Below are positions 9,306 through 17,766 of a stretch of 32,963 nt of DNA, one piece after another. The notes under the pieces are model-generated. The model did not search any database and was not told the origin of the DNA. It saw only the letters and a program-made list of their open reading frames with translations. The DNA is from Actinomycetota bacterium. GTDB taxonomy: Bacteria; Actinomycetota; Actinomycetes; Nanopelagicales; Nanopelagicaceae. The DNA is taken from contig CANLAC010000001.1 in assembly GCA_947488645.1 (NCBI GenBank), forward strand, positions 1 to 32,963, written 5' to 3'. The translations under genes were made by a program, and so were the position numbers. The first letter of the stretch is position 1; each line of letters begins with the position of its first letter.

Positions 9306-9331
9306 TGATGCATTAAATATTTAATGCATCA
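9306..9331. repeat. Perfect 26-bp palindrome
   Basis: TGATGCATTAAATATTTAATGCATCA; all 13 pairs checked, no spacer; 12 nt past the UPF0182 stop. Confidence 0.9.
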
Positions 9332-9343
9332 CTTCTGTACTTC

Positions 9344-12196
9344 TTACTTTTTGTTTTGCGCACTGATTGCAGCATCAAGTGCTGACTTCAATCGCTTTTG
9401 TGCCTTGTCGTACTCTGCAAAGTCTCCCTTTGAAAGAGCGGCTAAGCCATCGGCATACGCCTTCTTTGCGCTAGCAAGTGAATTTGCTAGAGAAGTATTT
9501 GATGTTGTTCCGGTAGTGCCGTTAGTTGTTGTATTGCCGGCAGTAGTCCCAGAGTTACCTCCAAATACTTGATCCAATGCGCCTTTGAGAGTGTCGTCAT
9601 AACCAATTTGATCTCCGAAGGAAACTAGAACCTTTTGAAGTAATGGATATGCAGATGTATTTGAAGTTGCCTTCACGTACACGGGTTGCACATAGAGCAA
9701 TCCGCCACCAACAGGAAGTGTCAACAAATTACCAAGCACGACATCAGATCCACCACGACGGAGTAGTGATAGTGAGTTTGCAACATCAGGCTTTGCTTCA
9801 AAGTTCGAAGCAACCTGTGAAGGACCCGCAATGTTTGTGTTACGTGGCAGTTGGAGTACAGAAATCTTTCCGTAATCTGGACCTGGATCTGAATTAACTA
9901 CTGCGAATGCAGAAAGGTTTTCACGTCCTCCTCGAGGAACAAATGGTGTTGTGAGTGAGAATGAAGGAGTTTTAGCTCCTGGCATTTGCAATGTTAAATA
10001 GTAAGGAGGCTGCGCAGATGCGTTACCGCCAAATGTTGATGGATCACGTGGCACGCGCCAGAAATCTTGACCACCATAGAAGGCTGCTGCGGTCTTAACG
10101 TGATACGAACTTAAAATATCACGCTGGACTCTAAACATATCTTCGGGATAGCGGATGTGGTCAAGGAGATCCTTTGAGATTTCACTCTTTGGTGTAATTA
10201 CACCAGGGAAAGCCTTTGACCACGTCTTTAGAACTGGATCCTTTTCATCCCACTGATACAAAGTCACAGTTCCGTTATATGCATCAACTGTGGCTTTTAC
10301 AGAGTTACGAATGTAATTAACTGTTTTATTGCCCTGTGCGGCAATGGATGCTGAATTAGTTGTAAGAGCATCAGCGGTTGCATTAGAAAGTGATGTTTGG
10401 CGTGAGTATGGATAGCCAGCACTTGTCGTGTAGCCATCAACAATCCACAAGATCTTCCCATCTACTAATGCTGGATATGGATCTCCATCAAGGGTCAACC
10501 AAGGCGCAACCTTTGAAACGCGCTCACGAGGGTTTCGTTCAAAGAGAATCTTTGAATCCTTGTTGATCAGTGATGAAAGAAGAATGCGCTGCTCTTGATA
10601 CTTCAGTGCAAAGACAACCTTGTTGAGCAATGATCCAACAGGAACACCACCTGAACCTGAGTATGTGTAGTTTTTCTGACCATTAGCTGAGGCATCATCT
10701 GGATAATCAAACTCCACTGGAGTATCAGTCTTTACGCCACCAATAATTGAGTAGTCAGGAACATTCTCACCAAAGTAAACACGTGGTTCAAACTTTCCAA
10801 GAGTTCCTGTAGGTGGGAGATTTCCAACTGTAAATGATGGCTTTCCATCAGCATCTCGCTCATTTCCATACGCTGCAACAAAACCAAAGCCGTGCGTGTA
10901 GACAAGGTGGTCGTTGATCCAGTTTCGGGATGGATTTCCTTCGATGTTCAATTCACGAACAGCTACAACCACATCTCGCTTAACGCCGTTTACTGTATAG
11001 CGATCAACGTCTAATGACTCAGGGAAGCTGTAGTAGGGGCGAATTTGCTGAAGTTGTCTAAAGGTTGGCGATAGAACATTTGGATCCATCAAACGAATAT
11101 TTGCAATCGTGGCAGCATCATTTGCAAGCTGGCCACTTGAAGTTGAAAGAGTTGCCTGATAATCAGTAACTGTCACATCTTCTAAGCCGTATGCAGCGCG
11201 AGTTGATTCGATATTTCGTTGAATAAACGGTGCTTCTTTTGAAGACTCACTTGGCTTAACTTGAAAGTTCTGAATTGCCGCTGGGTATAGACCTGCAATT
11301 AAGACAGATGAAATAACGAGCAAAGCCGTTCCTGCTGCAGGAAGCACCCATGAGCGACGAATGATATTTGCAAAGAAAAGGAGCGCACAAACAAGTGCGA
11401 TTCCGGCAAGGATCGCCTTGGCAGGTAGTACTGCGTTTACATCGGTATAGGTAAGACCTGTGATGATCTTGCTTTCCTTCAAGGCCAATGCAAAACGATC
11501 AAACCAGTATGCAACCGCCTTAAGTAGGACTACCCCACCTAGTAATACTGAAAGTTGAAGACGAGCAGCAACTGTTGTCCGATCCTCTTGGACCTGCAGG
11601 CGAATTCCGCCATATAGGTAGTGAACAACTGTTGAGGCAATTATCGCCAAAACAAGAGTTGAGATTCCCCAACCAATGATTGTTTGCCAGAATGGAAGAC
11701 GGAATGCAAAGAATGAAATGTCCATGTTGAACTGTGGATCTTTCACACCAAAATCAGTTGAATTCTTGAAGAGCAACCATGAGCTCCACAATGTTGAACC
11801 AGATGTTCCTGCAAAGTAGAAGAGTGCAACAAATCCACCGATAAATAAGCTTCGGCGAATTGGCTCAACCTGTGAACGGTAACGTTCAAGATTATCTGAC
11901 TCCATTGTCATCGACACATATAGGGGGCGACGCTTGTATGCGATCCACACATTTGCCAAAACTATTGATGCAGTTAATAAACCTGTGACAAAAAATAGAA
12001 AAACCTTTGTACCGAGGATGGTTGACCATGTGCTTGTGAAATCAACGGACTTAAACCACAACCAGTCTGCGTAAAAACCACTGAGAGCGGTAAAGAGTGC
12101 TCCGGTGATTACAAGTACTCCGATAGTCAGAGCCAGTGGGCTCTTTCGTCCACGGAATTTGAAGGATGGGCGTTGGAACTGGGGGTTATTGGTCAT
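9344..12196 (-). CDS. UPF0182 family membrane protein
   Basis: 950 aa with multi-TM N-terminus; DWLWF, DPQF, HLVYTHGFG, PRVYFGE, KVAPWLTLDGDPYP, NYIRNSVKATVDAYNG, YVQPVY. Confidence 0.93.
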   Translation of the reverse strand: MTNNPQFQRPSFKFRGRKSPLALTIGVLVITGALFTALSGFYADWLWFKSVDFTSTWSTILGTKVFLFFVTGLLTASIVLANVWIAYKRRPLYVSMTMESDNLERYRSQVEPIRRSLFIGGFVALFYFAGTSGSTLWSSWLLFKNSTDFGVKDPQFNMDISFFAFRLPFWQTIIGWGISTLVLAIIASTVVHYLYGGIRLQVQEDRTTVAARLQLSVLLGGVVLLKAVAYWFDRFALALKESKIITGLTYTDVNAVLPAKAILAGIALVCALLFFANIIRRSWVLPAAGTALLVISSVLIAGLYPAAIQNFQVKPSESSKEAPFIQRNIESTRAAYGLEDVTVTDYQATLSTSSGQLANDAATIANIRLMDPNVLSPTFRQLQQIRPYYSFPESLDVDRYTVNGVKRDVVVAVRELNIEGNPSRNWINDHLVYTHGFGFVAAYGNERDADGKPSFTVGNLPPTGTLGKFEPRVYFGENVPDYSIIGGVKTDTPVEFDYPDDASANGQKNYTYSGSGGVPVGSLLNKVVFALKYQEQRILLSSLINKDSKILFERNPRERVSKVAPWLTLDGDPYPALVDGKILWIVDGYTTSAGYPYSRQTSLSNATADALTTNSASIAAQGNKTVNYIRNSVKATVDAYNGTVTLYQWDEKDPVLKTWSKAFPGVITPKSEISKDLLDHIRYPEDMFRVQRDILSSYHVKTAAAFYGGQDFWRVPRDPSTFGGNASAQPPYYLTLQMPGAKTPSFSLTTPFVPRGGRENLSAFAVVNSDPGPDYGKISVLQLPRNTNIAGPSQVASNFEAKPDVANSLSLLRRGGSDVVLGNLLTLPVGGGLLYVQPVYVKATSNTSAYPLLQKVLVSFGDQIGYDDTLKGALDQVFGGNSGTTAGNTTTNGTTGTTSNTSLANSLASAKKAYADGLAALSKGDFAEYDKAQKRLKSALDAAISAQNKK

Positions 12197-12295
12197 GGGA
12201 CAAAACTATCGCAAGGCGATTAGGGCTACCAATTCAACCTTCGTGCCGCTCAAAGATGCACACAATGGGGGCAGTAAGGCTAAATAACTCTCAGA

Positions 12296-13069
12296 CTATG
12301 TGCGGGTGCGCTCAAGGTATGAAATGGCTTGAGCCAAGGTTGCAACGGTTATGACCTTAATTCCTTGGGGGACCTTGGCAACCTCTTCTGCGTTTCCAAC
12401 TGGGGCAAAGAAGATGGTTGCTCCTACTTTTTTGGCAGAAAGGATCTTTTCGTTGATTCCACCAATGGGTCCAATGACCCCTCGATTGTTAATAGTTCCA
12501 GTACCTGCAATATGACGGCCCTGCATCAAATCCATCTCAGTCAGCAATTCCACTAGACCAATAGAAAATACGAGCCCGCCACTCGGGCCACCTGTTTCTC
12601 CTACTTTGAATTTAATTTTCTTGCCATCTAAAGCATTTGCTCGTGCAACACCTTGAGATCCATTACCCATGACTTCCGGATGAGATTGCAAATAATTAAT
12701 TGCTGCACTTATTGCTTTGTCTTGCGAACCAACCATGTCAGCTTTTGCTTGCTTGCTTTCCTCTTTGCTACTTGTGCCAGGGGGGTAGATCGCAGATTTT
12801 GGATAGACAGCGCGTTCTGCGTCAATCCATGAGTAAATGAGTTCAGGTCCGAAGATCCATGTGTCTGGATTAGTAACCCGAATCGACATCAAATCAATAC
12901 GACCGCTGGCCGGATAACTATCAAGATCTTTGATGGTGATAACACCCTTAAAGATATTTTGCGCTTGACCTGGTAACACAATTGCAAATGGAAGTGGAGC
13001 AACGGTTGCTAGTAGGAAAAAAATTCCTAGGGTCGCTGTAACAACTTTCGGAAGGGGTGAAAATCGCAC
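12296..13069 (-). CDS. YlbL-like membrane-anchored Lon (S16) protease, apparently lacking the PDZ domain
   Basis: N-terminal TM segment, GGPSGGL (catalytic Ser), IAGTGTI, GPIGGINEK (Lys); GTG start. Confidence 0.85.
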   Translation of the reverse strand: MRFSPLPKVVTATLGIFFLLATVAPLPFAIVLPGQAQNIFKGVITIKDLDSYPASGRIDLMSIRVTNPDTWIFGPELIYSWIDAERAVYPKSAIYPPGTSSKEESKQAKADMVGSQDKAISAAINYLQSHPEVMGNGSQGVARANALDGKKIKFKVGETGGPSGGLVFSIGLVELLTEMDLMQGRHIAGTGTINNRGVIGPIGGINEKILSAKKVGATIFFAPVGNAEEVAKVPQGIKVITVATLAQAISYLERTRT

Positions 13070-13081
13070 TGAGGGCTCGAA

Positions 13082-13372
13082 CTAGTTTGCATCCGGACGA
13101 ATAACTGAAATACGTGAGGGCTTTTGCGTAGGGGGAGCAGAATCAAGATTGATTTCTCCAGGGGCCTCTAGCGATCCGCCATCTTCAACCTCATCGCGCG
13201 CTTGTGAATCGCGCAGAGAATCCTGAAAGCGCTGAAACTGACCAACAGAGCGCTGAGTCTCTTGCTGATACTTTCCTTCAAACTTTGATACCCATGTCAC
13301 ATAGCCAAGTGCACCAATTAAGCCGATAGCCGGCACTACCCACCAGATGAGAGCTGAGAATGCGTTGGACAT
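13082..13372 (-). CDS. Hypothetical small single-TM membrane protein
   Basis: Hydrophobic N-terminal helix (ALIWWVVPAIGLIGALGYVTWV); TAGAGT -10 element 6 nt before the ATG; co-oriented with the Lon-like gene 12 nt downstream. Confidence 0.75.
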   Translation of the reverse strand: MSNAFSALIWWVVPAIGLIGALGYVTWVSKFEGKYQQETQRSVGQFQRFQDSLRDSQARDEVEDGGSLEAPGEINLDSAPPTQKPSRISVIRPDAN

Positions 13373-13440
13373 GTGCTCACTCTATCGCGCTGGGAATAAA
13401 ACCGCGTGCGAAGTTGTTCCAATGCTGGGAGGATTCAACC

Positions 13441-14748
13441 ATGACGCCATTTGGTTTCAACCCAGGAGATTCAGAGGACTCGAACGAGCCTGTTGATTTT
13501 GCTGCCATGATGGAACAGATGCAACAACAGATCCAAGAACAATTCTCAAAGCTTGGAATAAATGGCCCTGGATTTACTGGATCGACTGAAGCATTACCTA
13601 AAAATATTGTCAGAGATACTGCAAAGAAATTTACAACTGCGCAAGGCTCTTCTCCTGTTGGTGCAAATGATGTTGCAGAGATAGAGCAGGCGTTTTCTAT
13701 CGCCGAGCTGTGGCTTGATGAAGCAACCTTTTTTCCAAAATCTCCCAACATTGGAAATGTTGCACTAGCCCGCACTGATTGGGTTGACACAACATTACCT
13801 GGATGGCAAACATCTGTTGAGCCATTGGCAATGGGTCTCTCTTCTGCAATCGGGGAATTACTTAACCAAGCATCATTTGGAGAAGGGGAGGGGCCAGAAA
13901 CTCCTGCCGATGAACAATCTCAGATGCAGATTCCAGTTGGGATGATTTCAGCCCTACTTAATTCATTTATTGGCTCACTAATTGCAACGCAATTGGGCCA
14001 AGCTATAGGCGGGTTAGCGGGCAAGGTGACCGGCGCACATGATGTGGGCTTGCCACTTGTCGATTCTGCATTTCCAACCCTTGTGCCGCAGAACATTAAG
14101 GAATGGGCAACAGATTTAGATATTCCACTCGATGAGGTTCGAATCTTCCATGCATTGCGCGAAGCAGCAGTTGCACGTTTATTTTCACACAATCCTTGGT
14201 TAGTTTCTTATATCCGCACTGCAATTACTGATTACGGCAAGGGAATAAACATTGATTTAGATGCGATCCAAGAGCAAGCACAACGAGCTTTTGAATCTGG
14301 CAATGGATTTGATCCATCAAACCCAGAAAGCTTCACAATTGCGCTTAATGAAGGAATCTTCACGCCACAAGAATCACCAGCACAGCGTGATGCATTAACT
14401 AAATTAGAAACTGTTTTGGCATTAATTGATGGATGGAGCGAAGAAGTTGTTGCGATGGCATCGGGAGATCGCCTACCTAACATTGCAGCACTTCAAGAAA
14501 CGCTGCGCCGCCGCCGTGCAACATCTGCGCCAGCCCAACAGTTGTTTTCATCGATGCTTGGATTGCAGGTTTCACCACGACTTGCTCGCGAGGCAGCAGT
14601 TTTTTGGAAACAAGTTCGCGAATTGAAAAATGTTGAGTCGCGAGATCGTATTTGGAGTGGAATTCTTCCAACAGCAGATGATTTGTTGACACCTGAGAGA
14701 TTCATGAAGAGCTTAGAAATCCCTGATGATTTGTCAGGGCTTATTTAG
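13441..14748 (+). CDS. DUF2342/zincin-like putative hydrolase
   Basis: ELWLDEAT, R-x-DWVDTTL, QLGQAIGGLA, ALREAA..RLF, KLETVLALIDGW, RRRRA, RDRIW. SD GGAGG before ATG 13441. Confidence 0.85.
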   Translation: MTPFGFNPGDSEDSNEPVDFAAMMEQMQQQIQEQFSKLGINGPGFTGSTEALPKNIVRDTAKKFTTAQGSSPVGANDVAEIEQAFSIAELWLDEATFFPKSPNIGNVALARTDWVDTTLPGWQTSVEPLAMGLSSAIGELLNQASFGEGEGPETPADEQSQMQIPVGMISALLNSFIGSLIATQLGQAIGGLAGKVTGAHDVGLPLVDSAFPTLVPQNIKEWATDLDIPLDEVRIFHALREAAVARLFSHNPWLVSYIRTAITDYGKGINIDLDAIQEQAQRAFESGNGFDPSNPESFTIALNEGIFTPQESPAQRDALTKLETVLALIDGWSEEVVAMASGDRLPNIAALQETLRRRRATSAPAQQLFSSMLGLQVSPRLAREAAVFWKQVRELKNVESRDRIWSGILPTADDLLTPERFMKSLEIPDDLSGLI

Positions 14749-14777
14749 TTCATTGAACAGACTGAAATTCGCCTGGA

Positions 14778-14859
14778 AATAGAAAAGCGAACTCCCCGGT
14801 CACTTGCTCTAAATCAGCCTTCCCCTTGCTGATGTAGAACTGTTATCCGAGGAGTTCGT
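14778..14859 (-). ncRNA. Candidate small RNA (~80 nt, rod-like hairpin, loop AAGGGGAAG, followed by a U-tract)
   Basis: Hairpin 14788-14858; upstream minus-strand promoter; CUUUUCUAUUU after the stem; three plus-strand C-A mismatches become G-U pairs on the minus strand. Confidence 0.6.
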
Positions 14860-14865
14860 AGTCGT

Positions 14866-14894
14866 AAAGTAAGTGTTTCCTGAGGGTTTATCAA
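14866..14894 (-). promoter_or_regulatory. Sigma70-type promoter for the candidate sRNA
   Basis: TTGATA (14889-14894), 17-nt spacer, TACTTT (14866-14871); predicted +1 A at 14859. Confidence 0.55.
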
Positions 14895-15036
14895 CTCTGA
14901 AGCGCATTGACAAAGGCTAAATTCTTAAGATAAAGCAATTTTCTCCGCCTCCAATTCCATTGCAGTGAAGAAAGACTCGCGCCTACTCATGGTGAATCTC
15001 TCAAGGTTTAGTTGAGAGATGACATAACATTTAGGT

Positions 15037-15663
15037 GTGCAGGATTTTGATGAGACCAACCCATTTCTAGAACCATCCTTGGTTGAAACAACTCTTGAGG
15101 ACCACACCCTTCCTGGAATCTCAGAGGGCGAGATAATTGTCATCAGATCAACCCGACGAAAGAAAAATGTCTCTGCTTATCGTCAGGGCGGGCGAATCGT
15201 GGTCTCAATTCCAGCCCGAATGAGCAAAGCTGATGAACGAGCGATGGTTCCTGAAATGGTTGCCAAGATCCGTGCCCAAGAGGCAGCCGCGACAATGAGT
15301 GAGGAAAGCCTTTCCATTCGCATAGGCGAACTGTTAAGTGAACTGGCCCCAGAAATTACCGTGCGGCCATCTTCGGTGAACTGGCGAGGGATGCGCGAGC
15401 GCTGGGGTTCTTGCACAGGGATTGATGGCTCAATTCGGATCTCAGACCGCCTCAAGGGCGCTCCCCAATACGCCTTGGATTATGTCCTCTTTCATGAGGG
15501 GATCCACCTGCAGTTCTTTGACCATGGCCCCGAATTTAAGGAGTTATTAGCCCGTTTCCCTGAAGAGGAGCTGGCTGAGGCGTATCTGAGTGGGTATGAG
15601 GCGGCTGAAACCGCACTCACCGCCCCAGAGGCTCTAAAAAAACTCCTAAATAAAGGTGCCTAG
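15037..15663 (+). CDS. YgjP/DUF45-like (M48-annotated) metallopeptidase-family protein
   Basis: IRSTRRKKNVSA, RWGSCT, IRISDRL, DYVLFHEGIH (HExxH), HGPEF. TAACAT 6 nt before the GTG. Confidence 0.88.
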   Translation: MQDFDETNPFLEPSLVETTLEDHTLPGISEGEIIVIRSTRRKKNVSAYRQGGRIVVSIPARMSKADERAMVPEMVAKIRAQEAAATMSEESLSIRIGELLSELAPEITVRPSSVNWRGMRERWGSCTGIDGSIRISDRLKGAPQYALDYVLFHEGIHLQFFDHGPEFKELLARFPEEELAEAYLSGYEAAETALTAPEALKKLLNKGA

Positions 15664-15766
15664 ATACGCTCAATTAAGCGTGTTGGCGAGTAACCTCATA
15701 CACGAACGCCTGCCCCACACGGGGAGCAATCCCGATGGGATCGCACGCGTCGATAGGAGGAAAAGA

Positions 15767-15931
15767 ATGAGTGCAGAGACATACAAAGGTGACGCTTACT
15801 GCGTTAAGTGCAAAGCAAAGCGTGATTTCGAAGGAACTGTAAAGGTTTCTGAATCTGGTCGTCGCATGGCACAAGGCATCTGCCCAGTGTGTGGCACCAA
15901 GGTCAATCGCATTCTTGGCAAAGCACAGTAA
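15767..15931 (+). CDS. DUF5679 small zinc-ribbon protein (54 aa)
   Basis: AYCVKCK...G.CPVCGTKVNRILG; SD AGGAGG at 15755-15760 before ATG 15767. Confidence 0.88.
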   Translation: MSAETYKGDAYCVKCKAKRDFEGTVKVSESGRRMAQGICPVCGTKVNRILGKAQ

Positions 15932-15986
15932 TTAAATTTCGTTTCGCGTAGGTGAGCTCTGGTTCACCTGCAAACGTCTAGCGTTC

Positions 15987-16027
15987 CAAAAGACCCTCGC
16001 ACTTAACAGTGTGGGGGTCTTTTGTTT
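15987..16027 (+). terminator. Intrinsic terminator after DUF5679
   Basis: CAAAAGACCCTCGCACT-TAAC-AGTGTGGGGGTCTTTTG: 17-bp stem with two G-U pairs favouring the plus strand, then TTT. Confidence 0.85.
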
Positions 16028-16158
16028 GGGATCAGGCAACTGCTGACTTGTTGCTGGCAGTAATTGCTTCGAACCATAGAGCCAGCAAATCCTTAGCACT
16101 CCACAGCTTCGGCCAAGGCCCTACATACGAAGCGCTCGCTAACAGCATCCTTCGGCAC

Positions 16159-17424
16159 ATGAGCACACTTCCTAATTCAACAGCCACATCAACTGAGCCA
16201 CAATCAACTGTTGAAGAAAGCACCAGACGTACAACTCGCAGATATGTCAAGGGCTCCCGCCCAGCCCGAGTAACGAGAATTTCTATTGAGAGCTTGCTTA
16301 CTGAGGCAGTAGAAGTTCCTAAGCCCCGACTTAAGCAGGGCGTCCACATAAGTCAACCCAAAGCAGATGAAGAGAAATCTTTAGTAATTGCTTCGGCTCA
16401 TCATGCAATATCAATCCATCACCCTGGTGCGCGAGCCATCATTGCTAAGTTGGATGGTCAGCATTGCGCTGCCGATATCAGTAAGGAAATAGCCGCACCC
16501 CTTGATGTCGTTGAAAAAGTAATTAGCGAATTAGAGATCACGCAGTTGCTAGATGTTGCACATTCAAAAATCAGACTGCACAACAGATTCCAATCTCCAA
16601 TTGCCGAACGAGCAGCCAATACAGAGGATCAAAGCAACGATGCATCTTTCAAACAGTTGCAGTTACGGATGTCTCCAGAATTAAGTCAAACAACGTGGAT
16701 CCCCGGTGTTGTTGATGGGGGAGTACAGGCGCTCTCTTCCCGACAAAATTTCGGGGTTGAAATTTATGGTGAGAGTCGCTTAGCAACCTTGATTTATGCT
16801 GCCTTATTAGCTAGCGGGGTAACTAATACAAAGTTTTCAATTGCTTCCAACCGAACCTTGAATTCAATAGGCGATAATGATTTGGGTACAGGCGTCTTAA
16901 GAATTAGTGATTTTGGACTTAACTACAAGTCACGAATTGAAGAATTAACCAGAGAGTGGTCACTTTTTCCAACGGCATCAAAGAATGTTAAGGGAACTAT
17001 CAATGCTCCTATTCCTGAGAATAATGTTCGGGTCATAGTTGGCGATTACACCCCTCAATTAATTGAACAATTGATGAGAGATCGAATGGACCACTTGTTT
17101 GTTGGCACTGTATTTGGGGGTGCTGCATATGCTGGCCCCTTGGTAAAGCCGGGCAAGACCCCCTGTGTGCAATGCCTAGATATTGGAAAGGCAGAGCGGT
17201 ACGGGGCAGAACATTTGATTCCTGTGGCAGCTCATAACCTCGAAATTCCTGTGGCGGTCTCCTACCAAATCGCAGGAACCATCGTGCAAGCAATTTTGCA
17301 GCTAATCGATACCGGTATTTGCGAACTGACCGGTGCCCAATTGTGCTTCGACTACACAACTCCCGTTCATAAAGAGCCAGTCAGATTTGCTCGACACCCA
17401 CAGTGCCAATGTCAATGGGGTTAA
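16159..17424 (+). CDS. ThiF/E1-fold protein with PqqD/RRE-like N-terminal segment (TOMM leader-binding-like)
   Basis: LDGQH...I...IAAP helix pattern; degenerate Rossmann motif VEIYGESRLA...LLASGV; AGPLVKPGKTPCVQCLD; C-terminal HPQCQC. Start moved to ATG 16159 because the ORF-track start lies inside the terminator. Confidence 0.7.
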   Translation: MSTLPNSTATSTEPQSTVEESTRRTTRRYVKGSRPARVTRISIESLLTEAVEVPKPRLKQGVHISQPKADEEKSLVIASAHHAISIHHPGARAIIAKLDGQHCAADISKEIAAPLDVVEKVISELEITQLLDVAHSKIRLHNRFQSPIAERAANTEDQSNDASFKQLQLRMSPELSQTTWIPGVVDGGVQALSSRQNFGVEIYGESRLATLIYAALLASGVTNTKFSIASNRTLNSIGDNDLGTGVLRISDFGLNYKSRIEELTREWSLFPTASKNVKGTINAPIPENNVRVIVGDYTPQLIEQLMRDRMDHLFVGTVFGGAAYAGPLVKPGKTPCVQCLDIGKAERYGAEHLIPVAAHNLEIPVAVSYQIAGTIVQAILQLIDTGICELTGAQLCFDYTTPVHKEPVRFARHPQCQCQWG

Positions 17425-17527
17425 TCACTTATCCACATCAGCGGAATCGAAAGAGATAGGCAGCTTAAGTATTAAACAGAATTCCCTAACTCAAAAGAAG
17501 GTCAACTAGAAATTAACAGGAGGAATA

Positions 17528-17761
17528 ATGAACACAATTATAGAACGCGCGGTACGAATTGAACTCCAATTTCGCAACGCATTAATTAGGGAACATGATT
17601 CATTCTTTGCAAAATTAAAAGATGATCGCGGAGATGTACCCGGCTGGGTTCTTGTTGTATTAATGACAACTGGACTAGTAACAGCAATTTGGACAATTGC
17701 AGCTCCACGCTTAACTGCGATACTAAAAGACTCATTAGATTCCATGAATGGTATTCGTTAA
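17528..17761 (+). CDS. Flp-like major pilin precursor (actinobacterial type)
   Basis: DDRG|DVPGWVLVVLMTTGLVTAIW: charged leader, Gly, hydrophobic helix; SD AGGAGG; first gene of the tadE/tadG run. Confidence 0.72.
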   Translation: MNTIIERAVRIELQFRNALIREHDSFFAKLKDDRGDVPGWVLVVLMTTGLVTAIWTIAAPRLTAILKDSLDSMNGIR

Positions 17762-17766
17762 ACATC

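Noticed and set aside
14788-14858. Hairpin as SRP (4.5S) RNA or a known riboswitch
   Set aside because: It contains CAGCAAGGG and GGAAGGC but not in the SRP order (CAGG-stem-GNRA-stem-AGCA). I recognised no TPP, SAM, cobalamin or glycine core, and no gene lies downstream on the minus strand.
14907-14931. Plus-strand promoter TTGACA...TAAGAT
   Set aside because: The spacer is only 13 nt, and the YgjP-like gene has its own leaderless -10 element at 15025.
14925-15143. 72-aa minus-strand ORF
   Set aside because: It overlaps the YgjP-like gene start in antisense, with no SD or leaderless signal and no motif.
16009-16158. ORF-track N-terminal extensions (also 4941, 13360, 15656, 17689, 18131, 20393, 23720, 29042, 31173)
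   Set aside because: They start inside terminators or neighbouring genes, or lack initiation signals; downstream ATGs have SDs, coupling overlaps or family-typical N-termini.
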